DNA of 64,000 bases from an uncultured Alphaproteobacteria bacterium (GCA_963732795.1 CAVTAV010000006.1:960181-1024180); one strand, 5' to 3'; positions 51,528 through 60,600 are shown, counted from the first letter of the stretch. Made by a program: numbers and translations. The notes: generated by a model not told the origin, from the letters alone.

Positions 51528-51884
51528 ATGCCGATCTGGAAAAGAACCGCCTGTCCGATCTCCACCACCCTGGATTACCTGGGCGACAAGTGGACGATCC
51601 TCGTGCTCCGCGACTTGTTCCGCGGCAAAGAGAGGTTCTGCGAATTCCTGGAATCGCCCGAAGGCATCCCGACCAACATCCTGACCGACCGGCTGAAACG
51701 GCTTGCCGATGCCGGCCTAATCGAGCGTTCGCCCTATCAGGATCATCCGGTCCGTTACGCTTATCGCCTGACGCCGCGCGGCGAAGCCTTCCTGCCGGTG
51801 CTCCAGGAAATCTGCCGCTGGGCCAATCGGGAGTTCCCCGAAACCGTCGTCCCGCCTGCGCCTTTCCGGATGCGCGAGGCCTGA
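51528..51884 (+). CDS. HxlR-family winged-helix transcriptional regulator
   Basis: 118 aa: CPISTTLDYLGDKWTILVLRDLFRGKERFCEFLES...GIPTNILTDRLKRLADAGLIER...YRLTPRG. Divergent from the GFA pair. Confidence 0.8.
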   Translation: MPIWKRTACPISTTLDYLGDKWTILVLRDLFRGKERFCEFLESPEGIPTNILTDRLKRLADAGLIERSPYQDHPVRYAYRLTPRGEAFLPVLQEICRWANREFPETVVPPAPFRMREA

Positions 51885-52018
51885 TCTTTGCCCGAATTCC
51901 GACCGGTTGCCAAAACGTCTCACGCTCGTTAACGTCTTGAGCGTTCAGTACGTCGATGGGTTACCGCGTGGGGGCCGCCGGGGGGCGAGCCACTTCTAAA
52001 CCGCACGGAGAAGGCGTG

Positions 52019-53158
52019 ATGAAACTGGCTGTCCTGAAAGAGACCAAGCCTCACGAGCGGCGTGTGGCCGCGACACCCGATACCGTCAAGAAATATGTCG
52101 GTCTCGGCTTCGATGTCGTGGTCGAAAAGGATGCGGGCGCGAGTGCCTCGATCCCCGATGCGGCGTTCGAGGCGGCCGGCGCGACGATCGCCCCAGATGC
52201 CGCCGCAGCCGCGGGCGACGCCGATGTCGTGCTCAAGGTCCAGTCGCCGACGCCGGACGAGCTTTCCAAGCTCAAGAAGGGCGCGCTGCTGGTTGCGCTG
52301 CTCTCGCCCCTGACCGACCGCGACGGCATCAAGGCCTATGCCGATGCCGGAATCGTCGCCATCGCGATGGAGCTGATGCCGCGCATTTCCCGCGCGCAGT
52401 CCATGGACGTGCTGAGCTCGCAGAGCAATCTCGCCGGCTACAAGGCGGTGGTCGATGCCGCCGCGGTCTATGGCCGGGCGATGCCGATGATGATGACCGC
52501 CGCCGGCACGATCGCCGCGGCGCGGGTCATGGTCCTGGGCGCCGGCGTCGCGGGGCTTCAGGCCATCGCGACCGCGCGGCGCCTGGGCGCGATCGTCTCG
52601 GCGACCGATGTGCGGCCCGCGGCGAAGGAGCAGGTCCAGAGCCTCGGCGCCAAATTCGTCATGGTCGAATCCGAGGAGACCAAAGAGGCCGAGACGGCGG
52701 GCGGCTATGCCAAGGAGATGAGCGACGACTATAAGAAGGCCCAGGCCAAGCTCGTCGCCGAAACCCTCGCCAAGCAGGACATCGCGATCTGCACCGCCCT
52801 CATCCCCGGCCGGCCCGCGCCGACCCTGATCGACGATGCCATGGTGAAGTCGATGAAGCCGGGCTCGGTGATCGTCGATCTTGCGGTGGAGATGGGCGGC
52901 AACTGCACGCTTTCCAAGCCGGGCGAGGTCGTGAGTGTCGACGGCGTGACGATCCTCGGTCATCTCAACGTGCCGAGCCGCATCGCGGTCGATGCGAGCG
53001 GGCTCTATGCCAAGAACCTGCTGAATTTCCTCACCTTACTGGTCGATGCCGAGCAGAAGGCGCTCGCGATCAATTGGGACGACGAGATCGTCAAGGGCAC
53101 CGCGCTCACCCGCGACGGCCAGATCATCCACCCGCAATTCGCCGCCACCGGAGCCTAG
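52019..53158 (+). CDS. pntAA: NAD(P) transhydrogenase subunit alpha part 1
   Basis: [36 protein letters not shown]... with the Rossmann motif [25 protein letters not shown] upstream. Confidence 0.9.
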   Translation: MKLAVLKETKPHERRVAATPDTVKKYVGLGFDVVVEKDAGASASIPDAAFEAAGATIAPDAAAAAGDADVVLKVQSPTPDELSKLKKGALLVALLSPLTDRDGIKAYADAGIVAIAMELMPRISRAQSMDVLSSQSNLAGYKAVVDAAAVYGRAMPMMMTAAGTIAAARVMVLGAGVAGLQAIATARRLGAIVSATDVRPAAKEQVQSLGAKFVMVESEETKEAETAGGYAKEMSDDYKKAQAKLVAETLAKQDIAICTALIPGRPAPTLIDDAMVKSMKPGSVIVDLAVEMGGNCTLSKPGEVVSVDGVTILGHLNVPSRIAVDASGLYAKNLLNFLTLLVDAEQKALAINWDDEIVKGTALTRDGQIIHPQFAATGA

Positions 53159-53163
53159 TGACC

Positions 53164-53454
53164 ATGGAAGCCGTCAATCCCTTCGTGTTCGAGTTCTCCG
53201 TCTTCGTGCTTGCGATTTTCGTCGGTTATTACGTGGTGTGGAGCGTGACGCCGGCCCTGCATACGCCGCTGATGTCGGTGACCAATGCGATCTCGAGCGT
53301 GATCATCGTCGGCGCGCTGATGGCCGTCGGGCCATCGGGCTGGTCGCTCGCCAAGATCCTCGGGTTCTTCGCGCTGACCCTCGCGGCGGTCAACATCTTC
53401 GGCGGCTTCGCGGTCACCCAGCGCATGCTCAGCATGTACAAGAAGAAGAAATAG
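53164..53454 (+). CDS. pntAB: NAD(P) transhydrogenase subunit alpha part 2 (membrane)
   Basis: 96 aa, [45 protein letters not shown]... Confidence 0.85.
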   Translation: MEAVNPFVFEFSVFVLAIFVGYYVVWSVTPALHTPLMSVTNAISSVIIVGALMAVGPSGWSLAKILGFFALTLAAVNIFGGFAVTQRMLSMYKKKK

Positions 53455-53463
53455 GGCCGGCCG

Positions 53464-54864
53464 ATGTCACCATCCCTCGTGGCCAACCTGACGGCCTCCG
53501 CCTATCTCGTCGCGGGCGTCTGCTTCATCCTGGCGCTTCGCGGCCTGTCGTCGCCGGAATCCTCGCGCCGGGGCAATTTCTTCGGCATGATCGGCATGGC
53601 GATCGCCATCATCACGACCGTCGCCCATCCCGAGATCGTCTCCTATGGCTGGATCGTGATTGCGTTGGCCATTGGCGGCACGATCGGCGTCATCATCGCG
53701 ATGAAAATCCAGATGACGGCGATGCCCCAGCTCGTCGCGGCCTTCCACAGCCTTGTCGGTCTCGCGGCCGTGCTCGTGGCCTCTTCCGCCTTCAGCCATC
53801 CGCAGGCCTATGGCATTTCCACGCCGGCGGGCCTTATCTTCACCGAAAGCCGCATCGAAATGGGTCTCGGCGTGGTGATCGGCGCGATCACCTTCTCGGG
53901 CTCGGTCGTCGCCTTCACCAAGCTGCAGGGTCTCGTCTCGGGCGCGCCGGTGGTGTTCCCCGGACAGCATTTCCTGAACGCGCTGATCGGCCTCGTGATC
54001 ATCGGCCTGATCGGCTATTTCTGCACCAATCAGGACCCGGTCATCTTCTGGACCATGACCGGCCTCGCCTTCGCGATCGGCTTCCTGTTGATCATCCCGA
54101 TCGGCGGCGCGGACATGCCGGTCGTGATCTCGATGCTCAACTCCTATTCCGGATGGGCCGCGGCGGGCATCGGCTTCACGCTCCACAACATGGCGCTGAT
54201 CATCACCGGCGCGCTGGTCGGCTCGTCCGGCGCGATCCTGTCCTATATCATGTGCAAGGGCATGAACCGGTCGTTCTTCAACGTCATTCTCGGCGGATTC
54301 GGGGCCGAGGGTGGCGCCGGCCCGACCACCCGGAGCGACCGTCCGGTCAAGCAGGGCAGCGCCGACGACGCGGCCTTCATCATGAAGAACGCCGGCTCGG
54401 TCGTCATCGTGCCGGGCTACGGCATGGCGGTGGCCCAGGCGCAGCACGCCTTGAAGGAAATGGCGGACGTGCTCAAGGAGAACGGGGTCAAGGTCTCCTA
54501 CGCCATCCACCCGGTCGCCGGCCGCATGCCCGGCCATATGAACGTGCTGCTGGCAGAAGCCAACGTGCCCTATGACGAGGTGTTCGAGCTCGAAGACATC
54601 AACAACGAATTCGGCCAGACCGACGTCGCCTTCGTGATCGGCGCCAACGACGTCACCAATCCCGCTGCGAAGACCGATCCCAAGAGCCCGATCTTCGGCA
54701 TGCCGGTCCTCGATGTGGAGAAGGCCAAGACCGTCCTCTTCGTTAAACGCTCCCTCTCGCCCGGCTATGCTGGCATCGACAACGAGCTGTTCTATATGGA
54801 GAACACGATGATGCTGTTCGGCGACGCCAAGAAGATGGTCGAGGGCATCGTCAAGGCGCTGTGA
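53464..54864 (+). CDS. pntB: NAD(P) transhydrogenase subunit beta
   Basis: 466-aa intact ORF with a polytopic N-terminus and NADP(H)-binding dIII (…VIVPGYGMAVAQAQHA…HPVAGRMPGHMNVLLAEA…). Confidence 0.9.
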   Translation: MSPSLVANLTASAYLVAGVCFILALRGLSSPESSRRGNFFGMIGMAIAIITTVAHPEIVSYGWIVIALAIGGTIGVIIAMKIQMTAMPQLVAAFHSLVGLAAVLVASSAFSHPQAYGISTPAGLIFTESRIEMGLGVVIGAITFSGSVVAFTKLQGLVSGAPVVFPGQHFLNALIGLVIIGLIGYFCTNQDPVIFWTMTGLAFAIGFLLIIPIGGADMPVVISMLNSYSGWAAAGIGFTLHNMALIITGALVGSSGAILSYIMCKGMNRSFFNVILGGFGAEGGAGPTTRSDRPVKQGSADDAAFIMKNAGSVVIVPGYGMAVAQAQHALKEMADVLKENGVKVSYAIHPVAGRMPGHMNVLLAEANVPYDEVFELEDINNEFGQTDVAFVIGANDVTNPAAKTDPKSPIFGMPVLDVEKAKTVLFVKRSLSPGYAGIDNELFYMENTMMLFGDAKKMVEGIVKAL

Positions 54865-54874
54865 ACGCCGCCTC

Positions 54875-55198
54875 CTAGCCGTCCAGCCCCTTCCGCGTTT
54901 GCCCGATATAGGCGTCGAGCACCGAGTTAGCTCGGGCGAGCGCCGGGTTCGCGGGGTGCGACTTGGCGAAGCGCCGGCGCGACTGGAAGACATATCCCAA
55001 CACGCCATAGGCGATAAGGCCGGGCAGGACCAGGCTGGCGACGATCATCGCCGCCGCCACCAGCCGGACCTGTCCGGTCGGCAGGCGTAACGAGCGGGCG
55101 ATCTCCGCGCAAACCCCTAGGGCGATCGGCTCGCCCGAGTTCGGGGTCATGTGCCGGTGGGTGGGGGCAGCGTACAGGGCCATCGTAGACATGTTCAC
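54875..55198 (-). CDS. PspC-domain membrane protein (third, divergent PspC-like gene of the psp locus)
   Basis: ...EPIALGVCAEIARSLRLPTGQVRLVAAAMIVASLVLPGLIAYGVLGYVF resembles the PspC domain. The tail ...ANSVLDAYIGQ echoes the PspC ...ALEAYITS motif. The start is uncertain. Confidence 0.55.
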   Translation of the reverse strand: MNMSTMALYAAPTHRHMTPNSGEPIALGVCAEIARSLRLPTGQVRLVAAAMIVASLVLPGLIAYGVLGYVFQSRRRFAKSHPANPALARANSVLDAYIGQTRKGLDG

Positions 55199-55240
55199 TC
55201 TCGCGCTTGTGCCATGGGTTGATGGAGTGGCCTCGGGTCC

Positions 55241-55679
55241 TTAGCGATCGAGGTCGTTGATTTCCTTGTTCAGCCGGAACTGTTTCGACGTGATATAGGC
55301 TTCGAGCGCCTGGGCACGCTTGTCGATATCCTTGAAGCGGCGGCCCAGATCGACCCTGGTATAGTCGGGCCGGGTCCGCGCCTCGCGCCAGAAGGCGTCT
55401 TCCTTGGGGTTCTCGTAGAGATAGTCCGGCTTGTCCTCGAGAACCCAGCACAGGATCAGATAGGCGCAGAAGATCGGGAAGAAGAATCCGAAGATCGACA
55501 GCAGGATGGCGGCGACCCGCAGGATGGTCGGGTCGATCCCGAAATAGTCGCCGAGACCGGCGCAGACGCCGCACCACCTGCCGTGACGCCGGTCCTTGTA
55601 AATCCGGTTCGGAGAGAACCGAGTTCTCGCGGTCCGGACCGCGGTCGTAGCGCCGATCCTGCCACCTAGAGCGTCTCAT
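55241..55679 (-). pseudogene. pspC: envelope stress response membrane protein PspC (full-length copy); frame break within the first ~55 nt
   Basis: The ATG at 55679 lies in the conserved ATGAGACGCTCTAG junction. After a +1 shift it reads ...ARTRFSPNRIYKDRRHGRWCGVCAGLGDYFGIDPTILRVAAILLSIFGFFFPIFCAYLILCWVLEDKPDYLYENPKEDAFW...RAQALEAYITSKQFRLNKEINDLDR. Length 439 = 3n+1. Confidence 0.75.
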
Positions 55680-55923
55680 AATAGGCCTCCCTCCCGCCTC
55701 GCGGTCGGGGATGCGCGTCTTCGAGAACGCAGCACAGGATCAGATAGGCGATGACGATCGGGAGGAAGAACCCGAAGATCGCCAGCAGGACCGCGGAGAC
55801 CCGCAGGATGGTCGGGTCGATCCCGAAATAGTCGCCGAGACCGGCGCAGACGCCGCCCAACTTGCCGTGAATCCGGTCCTTGTAGATCCGGTTCGGGCCG
55901 AACCGCGTCCTAGAGCGTCTCAT
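55666..55923 (-). CDS. pspC: short PspC-domain protein (upstream tandem copy, 85 aa)
   Basis: MRRSRTRFGPNRIYKDRIHGKLGGVCAGLGDYFGIDPTILRVSAVLLAIFGFFLPIVIAYLILCCVLED... . It lacks the C-terminal PspC region and overlaps pspB by 14 nt. Confidence 0.7.
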   Translation of the reverse strand: MRRSRTRFGPNRIYKDRIHGKLGGVCAGLGDYFGIDPTILRVSAVLLAIFGFFLPIVIAYLILCCVLEDAHPRPRGGREAYYETL

Positions 55924-56146
55924 TGTTGGACCTCCTCCATCCCGGCATTTCGTCGTCGAGGATGCGTTCCAGCGTGTCCAGGCGCTGCTCCATCTTGTCC
56001 GCCGACTTGTGCAGGTCCGAAAGCATCGCCTCGTCGTCCGCGCTGAACGGCCGATTCCGCCGCCAGCTCGAGCTGTAATGCAGGCCCAGCCAGACCGGCA
56101 CCACGACCGTAAGGAAGACGATCGTTATCCACGTGAAATTCGGCAT
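55910..56146 (-). CDS. pspB: envelope stress response membrane protein PspB
   Basis: 78 aa: ...VVVPVWLGLHYSSSWRRNRPFSADDEAMLSDLHKSADKMEQRLDTLERILDDEMPGWRR, colinear with enterobacterial PspB. Confidence 0.8.
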   Translation of the reverse strand: MPNFTWITIVFLTVVVPVWLGLHYSSSWRRNRPFSADDEAMLSDLHKSADKMEQRLDTLERILDDEMPGWRRSNNETL

Positions 56147-56157
56147 CGGTCAGTCCC

Positions 56158-56862
56158 TTACTTGCCCTTTTCCTTGTCGGCCGCCGGAGCGGGAGCGGGC
56201 TTGTTCTTGTTCATCCTTGCCTTGAGCGCCTCGAGCTCGCCTTCGATGTCCTCGTTGCTCGCAAGCTCATCGATCTGCTCGGAAAGCGTCTTGCCCCGCC
56301 CCATTTCGAGCGCATCGGCCTCGCCTTCGAGCCGGTCGAGCCGATATTCCATCTTTTCGAACCGCTCCATGGCGTCCGTCATGCGTCCGTCGTAGAGGCT
56401 ACGGCGCACGCGGATCTTTTGCGAGACCGATTCATGGCGGGTCTGGATCGTCGCCCGCTTGGCCTTGGCCTCGCGCAGCTTGCCCTCGAGCTTGACGATG
56501 TCGGCTTCGAGCTGGCCGAGCTGTTCGGCGAGATGCTCGCGCTCCTCCTCGATATGCTTCTTCATATCGGCGATCTTGGCCCGTTCGATCAGCGCGCCCT
56601 TGGCGAGGTCGTCGCGGTCGCGCGAGAGGGCCAGTTCGGCCTTGCGTTGCCACTCGCCCATGGTCTCGTCGGCCCGTTTCAGCTTGCGGTCGAGATCCTT
56701 CTGGTCGGCGATGATACGCGCGGCGGTGGACCGCACCTCGACCAGGGTCTCCTCCATTTCCTGGATGATCAGACGGACCATCTTTTCGGGATCTTCGGCC
56801 TGATCCAGGAGGGAGTTGAGGTTGGAATTGATGATATCGGTGAGTCTCGAAAAGATGCCCAT
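56158..56862 (-). CDS. pspA: phage shock protein PspA
   Basis: MGIFSRLTDIINSNLNSLLDQAEDPEKMVRLIIQEMEETLVEVRS... . AGGAGA lies upstream of the ATG at 56862. The ORF-track start 56928 would lie upstream of the promoter. Confidence 0.9.
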   Translation of the reverse strand: MGIFSRLTDIINSNLNSLLDQAEDPEKMVRLIIQEMEETLVEVRSTAARIIADQKDLDRKLKRADETMGEWQRKAELALSRDRDDLAKGALIERAKIADMKKHIEEEREHLAEQLGQLEADIVKLEGKLREAKAKRATIQTRHESVSQKIRVRRSLYDGRMTDAMERFEKMEYRLDRLEGEADALEMGRGKTLSEQIDELASNEDIEGELEALKARMNKNKPAPAPAADKEKGK

Positions 56863-56902
56863 TGCTGGTCTCCTGACTAATCTTTCTTCAGGCTCCCTAT
56901 CC

Positions 56903-56917
56903 GCAAGCGGCGTGCCA
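56903..56917 (-). promoter_or_regulatory. sigma-54 (-24/-12) promoter of pspABC
   Basis: The reverse strand reads TGGCAC-GCCGC-TTGC, a perfect match to TGGCAC-N5-TTGC, about 40 nt upstream of the pspA ATG and facing the divergent pspF. Confidence 0.7.
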
Positions 56918-57049
56918 ATTTCGGACAATTCCGGTAAGAGATTGATTTCATGAGGAAAAGTAGGGCCTGGCCGCGATTATCCGTCTTTGGAGATCTGTGG
57001 AAAATCCAATAGAGTGGCCTTTTTTACTAATCTATGGCATTTCTTTGGA

Positions 57050-58069
57050 ATGGCGCCGCAGACACCGGACAAGATCGAGATCATCGGCCAGTCGGCCAGC
57101 TTCCTGGACCTGTTGGAGCGGGTCTCCCAGGCGGCGGTGCTCGACCGGCCGGTGCTGGTGATTGGCGAGCGCGGCACGGGCAAGGAACTGATCGCGAGCC
57201 GCCTGCATTTCCTGTCGTCGCGCTGGGGCGGTCCCTATGTCCAGATCAACTGTGCCGCCCTGCCCGAAACGCTTCTGGAGAGCGAGTTGTTCGGCTACGA
57301 GCCGGGCGCGTTTACGGGCGCATCGACGAAGCGGGCCGGCCGGTTCGAGCAGGCCGACGGCGGCACGCTCTTTCTGGACGAGATCGGAAACCTCAGCCTC
57401 GCCGCCCAGGAAAAGCTCCTGCGCATCATTGAATACGGCCGGTTCGAGCGCCTCGGCGGGCGGGAGACCATCGAAGTAGATGTCCGCGTTGTCGGCGCGA
57501 CCAATATAGATCTGCCGGCGGCCTGCGAGGCCGGGGAGTTCCGGGCGGACTTGCTGGACCGGCTGAGCTTCGACGTCCTGACCGTGCCGCCGCTTCGGGC
57601 GCGGCACGGCGATGTGATGCTTCTTGCCGGCTATTTCGCCCGCGCCATGTCGGCCGAGCTCGGTTGGAACGCCTTTCCGGGGTTCTCGCGAGGCGCGGAG
57701 GCTGTGCTGATGAGTTATGGCTGGCCCGGCAATGTACGCGAGCTCAAGAACACGATCGAACGGGCGGTCTATCGCTGGCCGGAGCCGGATCTGAAGGTCG
57801 AGACGATCGTGTTCGATCCGTTCGACTCTCCCTATCGCCTCGCCGACGGTCCGCCGTCACCGGAGCCGTCAGTCCCATCGGAGCCCGACCCGCCACCGGA
57901 TGCCGGTCCGCTTCCGAGCGATTTCAAAACCGCCGTCGCCGATTTCGAGAAGGATCTGCTGTCGCGCGCCTACGAGGCTCACCGTTTCAATCAGCGCGAG
58001 ACCGCGGAGGCCCTGTCGCTGAGTTACGATCAGCTCCGCCACGCCCTCAAGAAGCACGGATTGCTATAG
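57050..58069 (+). CDS. pspF: phage shock operon transcriptional activator PspF (sigma-54 EBP without a receiver domain)
   Basis: MAPQTPDKIEIIGQSASFLDLLERV...GERGTGKE...GAFTGA...WPGNVRELKN and a C-terminal HTH RETAEALSLSYDQLRHALKKHGL. Start set at 57050. Intact. Confidence 0.9.
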   Translation: MAPQTPDKIEIIGQSASFLDLLERVSQAAVLDRPVLVIGERGTGKELIASRLHFLSSRWGGPYVQINCAALPETLLESELFGYEPGAFTGASTKRAGRFEQADGGTLFLDEIGNLSLAAQEKLLRIIEYGRFERLGGRETIEVDVRVVGATNIDLPAACEAGEFRADLLDRLSFDVLTVPPLRARHGDVMLLAGYFARAMSAELGWNAFPGFSRGAEAVLMSYGWPGNVRELKNTIERAVYRWPEPDLKVETIVFDPFDSPYRLADGPPSPEPSVPSEPDPPPDAGPLPSDFKTAVADFEKDLLSRAYEAHRFNQRETAEALSLSYDQLRHALKKHGLL

Positions 58070-58070
58070 G

Positions 58071-58106
58071 GGCCAAGACTGTCATCGCCGCGGACACTTC
58101 GTGTCC
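58071..58106. repeat. GC-rich hairpin / REP-like palindrome between convergent pspF and rpsU (possible bidirectional terminator)
   Basis: GTCATCGCCGCGGACAC-ttc-GTGTCCTCGCGATGAC. The right arm is the exact reverse complement of the GTCATCGCGAGG terminus of the element at 23987. Confidence 0.45.
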
Positions 58107-58184
58107 TCGCGATGACGAACGCGTATAACGTCCGGCGACCCCCAGGGCCGACGGAACGCACATGAAGGATGGAAAGCTTACGGC

Positions 58185-58391
58185 TTAAGTGCGGTTGTCG
58201 CGCTCGGCGCGCTTGCGCTCAAGCTTGCGGGCGCGGCGCACGGCGGCCGCCTGTTCCCGGGCGCGCTTTTCCGACGGCTTCTCGTAGAAGCGGCGGAGCT
58301 TCATTTCCCGGAAAACGCCCTCGCGCTGCATCTTCTTCTTGAGCACGCGCATGGCTTGATCGACGTTGTTGTCGTGTACGATGACCTGCAA
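58185..58391 (-). CDS. rpsU: 30S ribosomal protein S21
   Basis: (TTG start) [59 protein letters not shown]... . The upstream part of ORF 58185..58514 is not S21-like. Confidence 0.85.
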   Translation of the reverse strand: MQVIVHDNNVDQAMRVLKKKMQREGVFREMKLRRFYEKPSEKRAREQAAAVRRARKLERKRAERDNRT

Positions 58392-58591
58392 AGGTTTATC
58401 CGTCTCGTCGCTTGTTCGATTGAGTCTGCGGACCTGTTGTTCGAGCATAGGTCCGCGCACGAAGGGCGCTTGATAGCAAATGAATCGGCCCCTGTGAAGG
58501 GACATTTTGGCCACGCTTACGTGACACGACGCGGCTCTGGAAGCGGTTGTCCGCCCTTTACCCGCCGGTCCCTGCGCCTCATATTAGCCGG

Positions 58592-59158
58592 ATGGCCATC
58601 TGCGAGATCAAGAAGATGGGCAATCCGGTCCTGCGCCGCGAGGCCGACACCGTGCCCGACCCCACCGCGCCCGAGATCAAGGCGCTGGTCGAGGACATGT
58701 TCGATTCGATGCGGGCGGCGAGCGGAATCGGTATCGCGGCACCGCAGATCGGCGTCTCGAAGCAGGTCATGATCTTTCACGTGCCGGACGAGGATGCGCC
58801 GGGCAACGATCCCGAGACCCGCCAAAAGGTGATCGACAATCCGTTGACCGTACTCGTCAATCCCGAGATCGAGGTGCTCGACGAGACCATGGAGGAGGGC
58901 TGGGAAGGCTGTCTGTCGGTGCCGGGCCTTACCGGCCTGGTCCCGCGATACAAGAAGATCCGCTATACCGGCACGACCCCCGAAGGCGAGAAGATCGAGC
59001 GCGTCGCCTCCGACTTCCATGCCCGGGTCGTCCAGCATGAGTTCGACCATCTTCTGGGCGTGCTCTATCCGCACCGGATGCGCAGCAACGCCTCGCTGAT
59101 CTTCACCTCCGAGATCGAGCATCTCGAGGACAAGCCCACGGAAGAGGAGCTCGCCTGA
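58592..59158 (+). CDS. def: peptide deformylase
   Basis: Motifs GIGIAAPQIG, EGCLSVPG and QHEFDHL. Start set at MAICEIKKMGNPVLR. Confidence 0.9.
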   Translation: MAICEIKKMGNPVLRREADTVPDPTAPEIKALVEDMFDSMRAASGIGIAAPQIGVSKQVMIFHVPDEDAPGNDPETRQKVIDNPLTVLVNPEIEVLDETMEEGWEGCLSVPGLTGLVPRYKKIRYTGTTPEGEKIERVASDFHARVVQHEFDHLLGVLYPHRMRSNASLIFTSEIEHLEDKPTEEELA

Positions 59159-59824
59159 GTGGCGCATCATTTCGACGAGGTGAGAACCGCGATCCTCGAG
59201 GCCGCGTTGCCCCATGTGCCGTTCGATGGCTGGACCCGCGAAACCTTGCGCCGCGCGGCCAAGGAGGCGCATGTCGAGCAGGGCCTCGCGGAGCTTGCGT
59301 TCCCCGACGGTCCTCTGAGTCTCGTCGATCTTTTCGCGGCCGAGATGGATCGAAGGATGCTGGCTGCGCTGGACGCCGCGGACACGGCCTCCATGCGCAT
59401 TCGCGACCGCATCATCGCGGGGGTGCGGTTTCGGCTCGAAGCCTTGGAGCCCTATCGCGAGGCCGAGCGGCGCGCTGTCGGCTTCCTGGCGCTTCCGCCC
59501 CATGCCGCGCTCGGTTTCAAGATTTTGACGCGGACGGTCGACGCGATGTGGCGCGCGGCGGGCGACCGCTCGACGGATTTCAACTACTACACCAAGCGCG
59601 CGCTCCTCGCCGGCGTCTATTCGTCCACCCTGGCCTATTGGCTGCAGGACGAGAGCGAGGGATACGCAGAGACTTGGGCCTTCCTCGGCCGGCGGGTCGA
59701 CGACGTGATGAAAATCCAGAAAGCGCGCTTCCGGCTAGAGGGCTATGTCGAAAAGCTTCCCTCGCCCCTGACGCTGGTCCGCCATTTCCGCGACCGCCGC
59801 GGCGCGCCTCTCAGGACGCGCTAA
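59159..59824 (+). CDS. COQ9-family protein (the rpsU-divergently-transcribed protein family)
   Basis: 221-aa ORF (GTG start) with ...RDRIIAGVRFRLEAL.PYREA.RRAVGFLALP... and ...DFNYYTKRALLAGVYSSTLAYWL, in the typical position near rpsU. Confidence 0.7.
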   Translation: MAHHFDEVRTAILEAALPHVPFDGWTRETLRRAAKEAHVEQGLAELAFPDGPLSLVDLFAAEMDRRMLAALDAADTASMRIRDRIIAGVRFRLEALEPYREAERRAVGFLALPPHAALGFKILTRTVDAMWRAAGDRSTDFNYYTKRALLAGVYSSTLAYWLQDESEGYAETWAFLGRRVDDVMKIQKARFRLEGYVEKLPSPLTLVRHFRDRRGAPLRTR

Positions 59825-59839
59825 TCAGTTATAGTCGTC

Positions 59840-59859
59840 ATGCCAGCGCAGGCCGGCAT
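59840..59859. repeat. short GC hairpin of the ...VVMPAQAGIQ... repeat type between convergent COQ9-family gene and purE
   Basis: ATGCCAGC-gcag-GCCGGCAT: an 8-bp stem with one mismatch. Confidence 0.3.
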
Positions 59860-59946
59860 CCAGACTTTCCTTGATGGGTGGACAGTCCGAGTGGGCTGTG
59901 CCGTGGCCTGGGCCCCAGCCTTCGCTGGGGCGACAAAGCGGGAGGC

Positions 59947-60471
59947 CTAATCCCGGTCCGGAAACTCCGGCACGTTGGCCGTCTGCTTCTTGCGGTAATC
60001 CGCCAGCGCCTTGGCGACTTTCTTGTCGGAGAGCGCGAGCATGGCGCCGGCGAACAGGGCGGCGTTCTTGGCGCCGGCCTTGCCAACCGCGAAGGTCGCG
60101 ACCGGAATACCGCCCGGCATTTGAACCGTCGACAGCAGGCTGTCGAGGCCGCGGAGGCTGGTGCCGTCCAGCGGCACGCCGAGCACCGGCAGGTCGGTCA
60201 GCGCGGCGGTGACGCCCGCGAGATGGGCGGCCGCGCCCGCGCCCGCGATGATGGCCTTGAGGCCCCGGGCCTTCGCGCCGGTGACATAGGCATGATGACG
60301 GTCGGGTGTGCGATGCGCCGAAATGACGCGCGCCTCGTTGGGGATGCCGAGAGCGTCCAGTGCCTTGACCGCCTCGCTCATCGCTTCCCAATCCGATTTG
60401 CTGCCCATGATGACGCCGACAACGGGTGTCTTGGGGCGGCGGGAGGTGCGGGATGCGGGCGATTTGGCCAT
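59947..60471 (-). CDS. purE: 5-(carboxyamino)imidazole ribonucleotide mutase PurE
   Basis: ...VVGVIMGSKSDWEAMSEAVKALDALGIPNEARVISAHRTPD...IIAGAGAAAHLAGV... . Intact 174 aa. Confidence 0.9.
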   Translation of the reverse strand: MAKSPASRTSRRPKTPVVGVIMGSKSDWEAMSEAVKALDALGIPNEARVISAHRTPDRHHAYVTGAKARGLKAIIAGAGAAAHLAGVTAALTDLPVLGVPLDGTSLRGLDSLLSTVQMPGGIPVATFAVGKAGAKNAALFAGAMLALSDKKVAKALADYRKKQTANVPEFPDRD

Positions 60472-60584
60472 GGGTCTCGAGCTCCTCGGAATGCGGGACC
60501 GTCGTCCAGAAGGGCGGAAAGGCGATCGGTCGGTTTCGGAAAGGCCGCGATTATAGGCAGCTCCCGCACCGAGGCAAGCGAGGC

Positions 60585-60600
60585 TTAATGGCCGCTTAAC
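60585..60600. promoter_or_regulatory. CtrA-type box TTAA-N7-TTAAC in the purE / GGDEF divergent intergenic region
   Basis: TTAATGGCCGCTTAAC is a perfect match to TTAA-N7-TTAAC. A further TTAA-N7-TTGA overlaps it (60596..60610). It lies ~90 nt upstream of the GGDEF gene. TTAA is rare in this GC-rich sequence. Confidence 0.4.

Noticed and set aside
53467-55008. 513-aa reverse ORF opposite pntB
   Set aside because: Antisense shadow. pntB on the forward strand is intact and highly conserved.
56863-56928. N-terminal extension of pspA, and similarly 56987..57049 for pspF, as given by the ORF track
   Set aside because: The extensions would include the sigma-54 promoter and lack conserved PspA or PspF sequence. 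The internal ATGs have good Shine-Dalgarno context.
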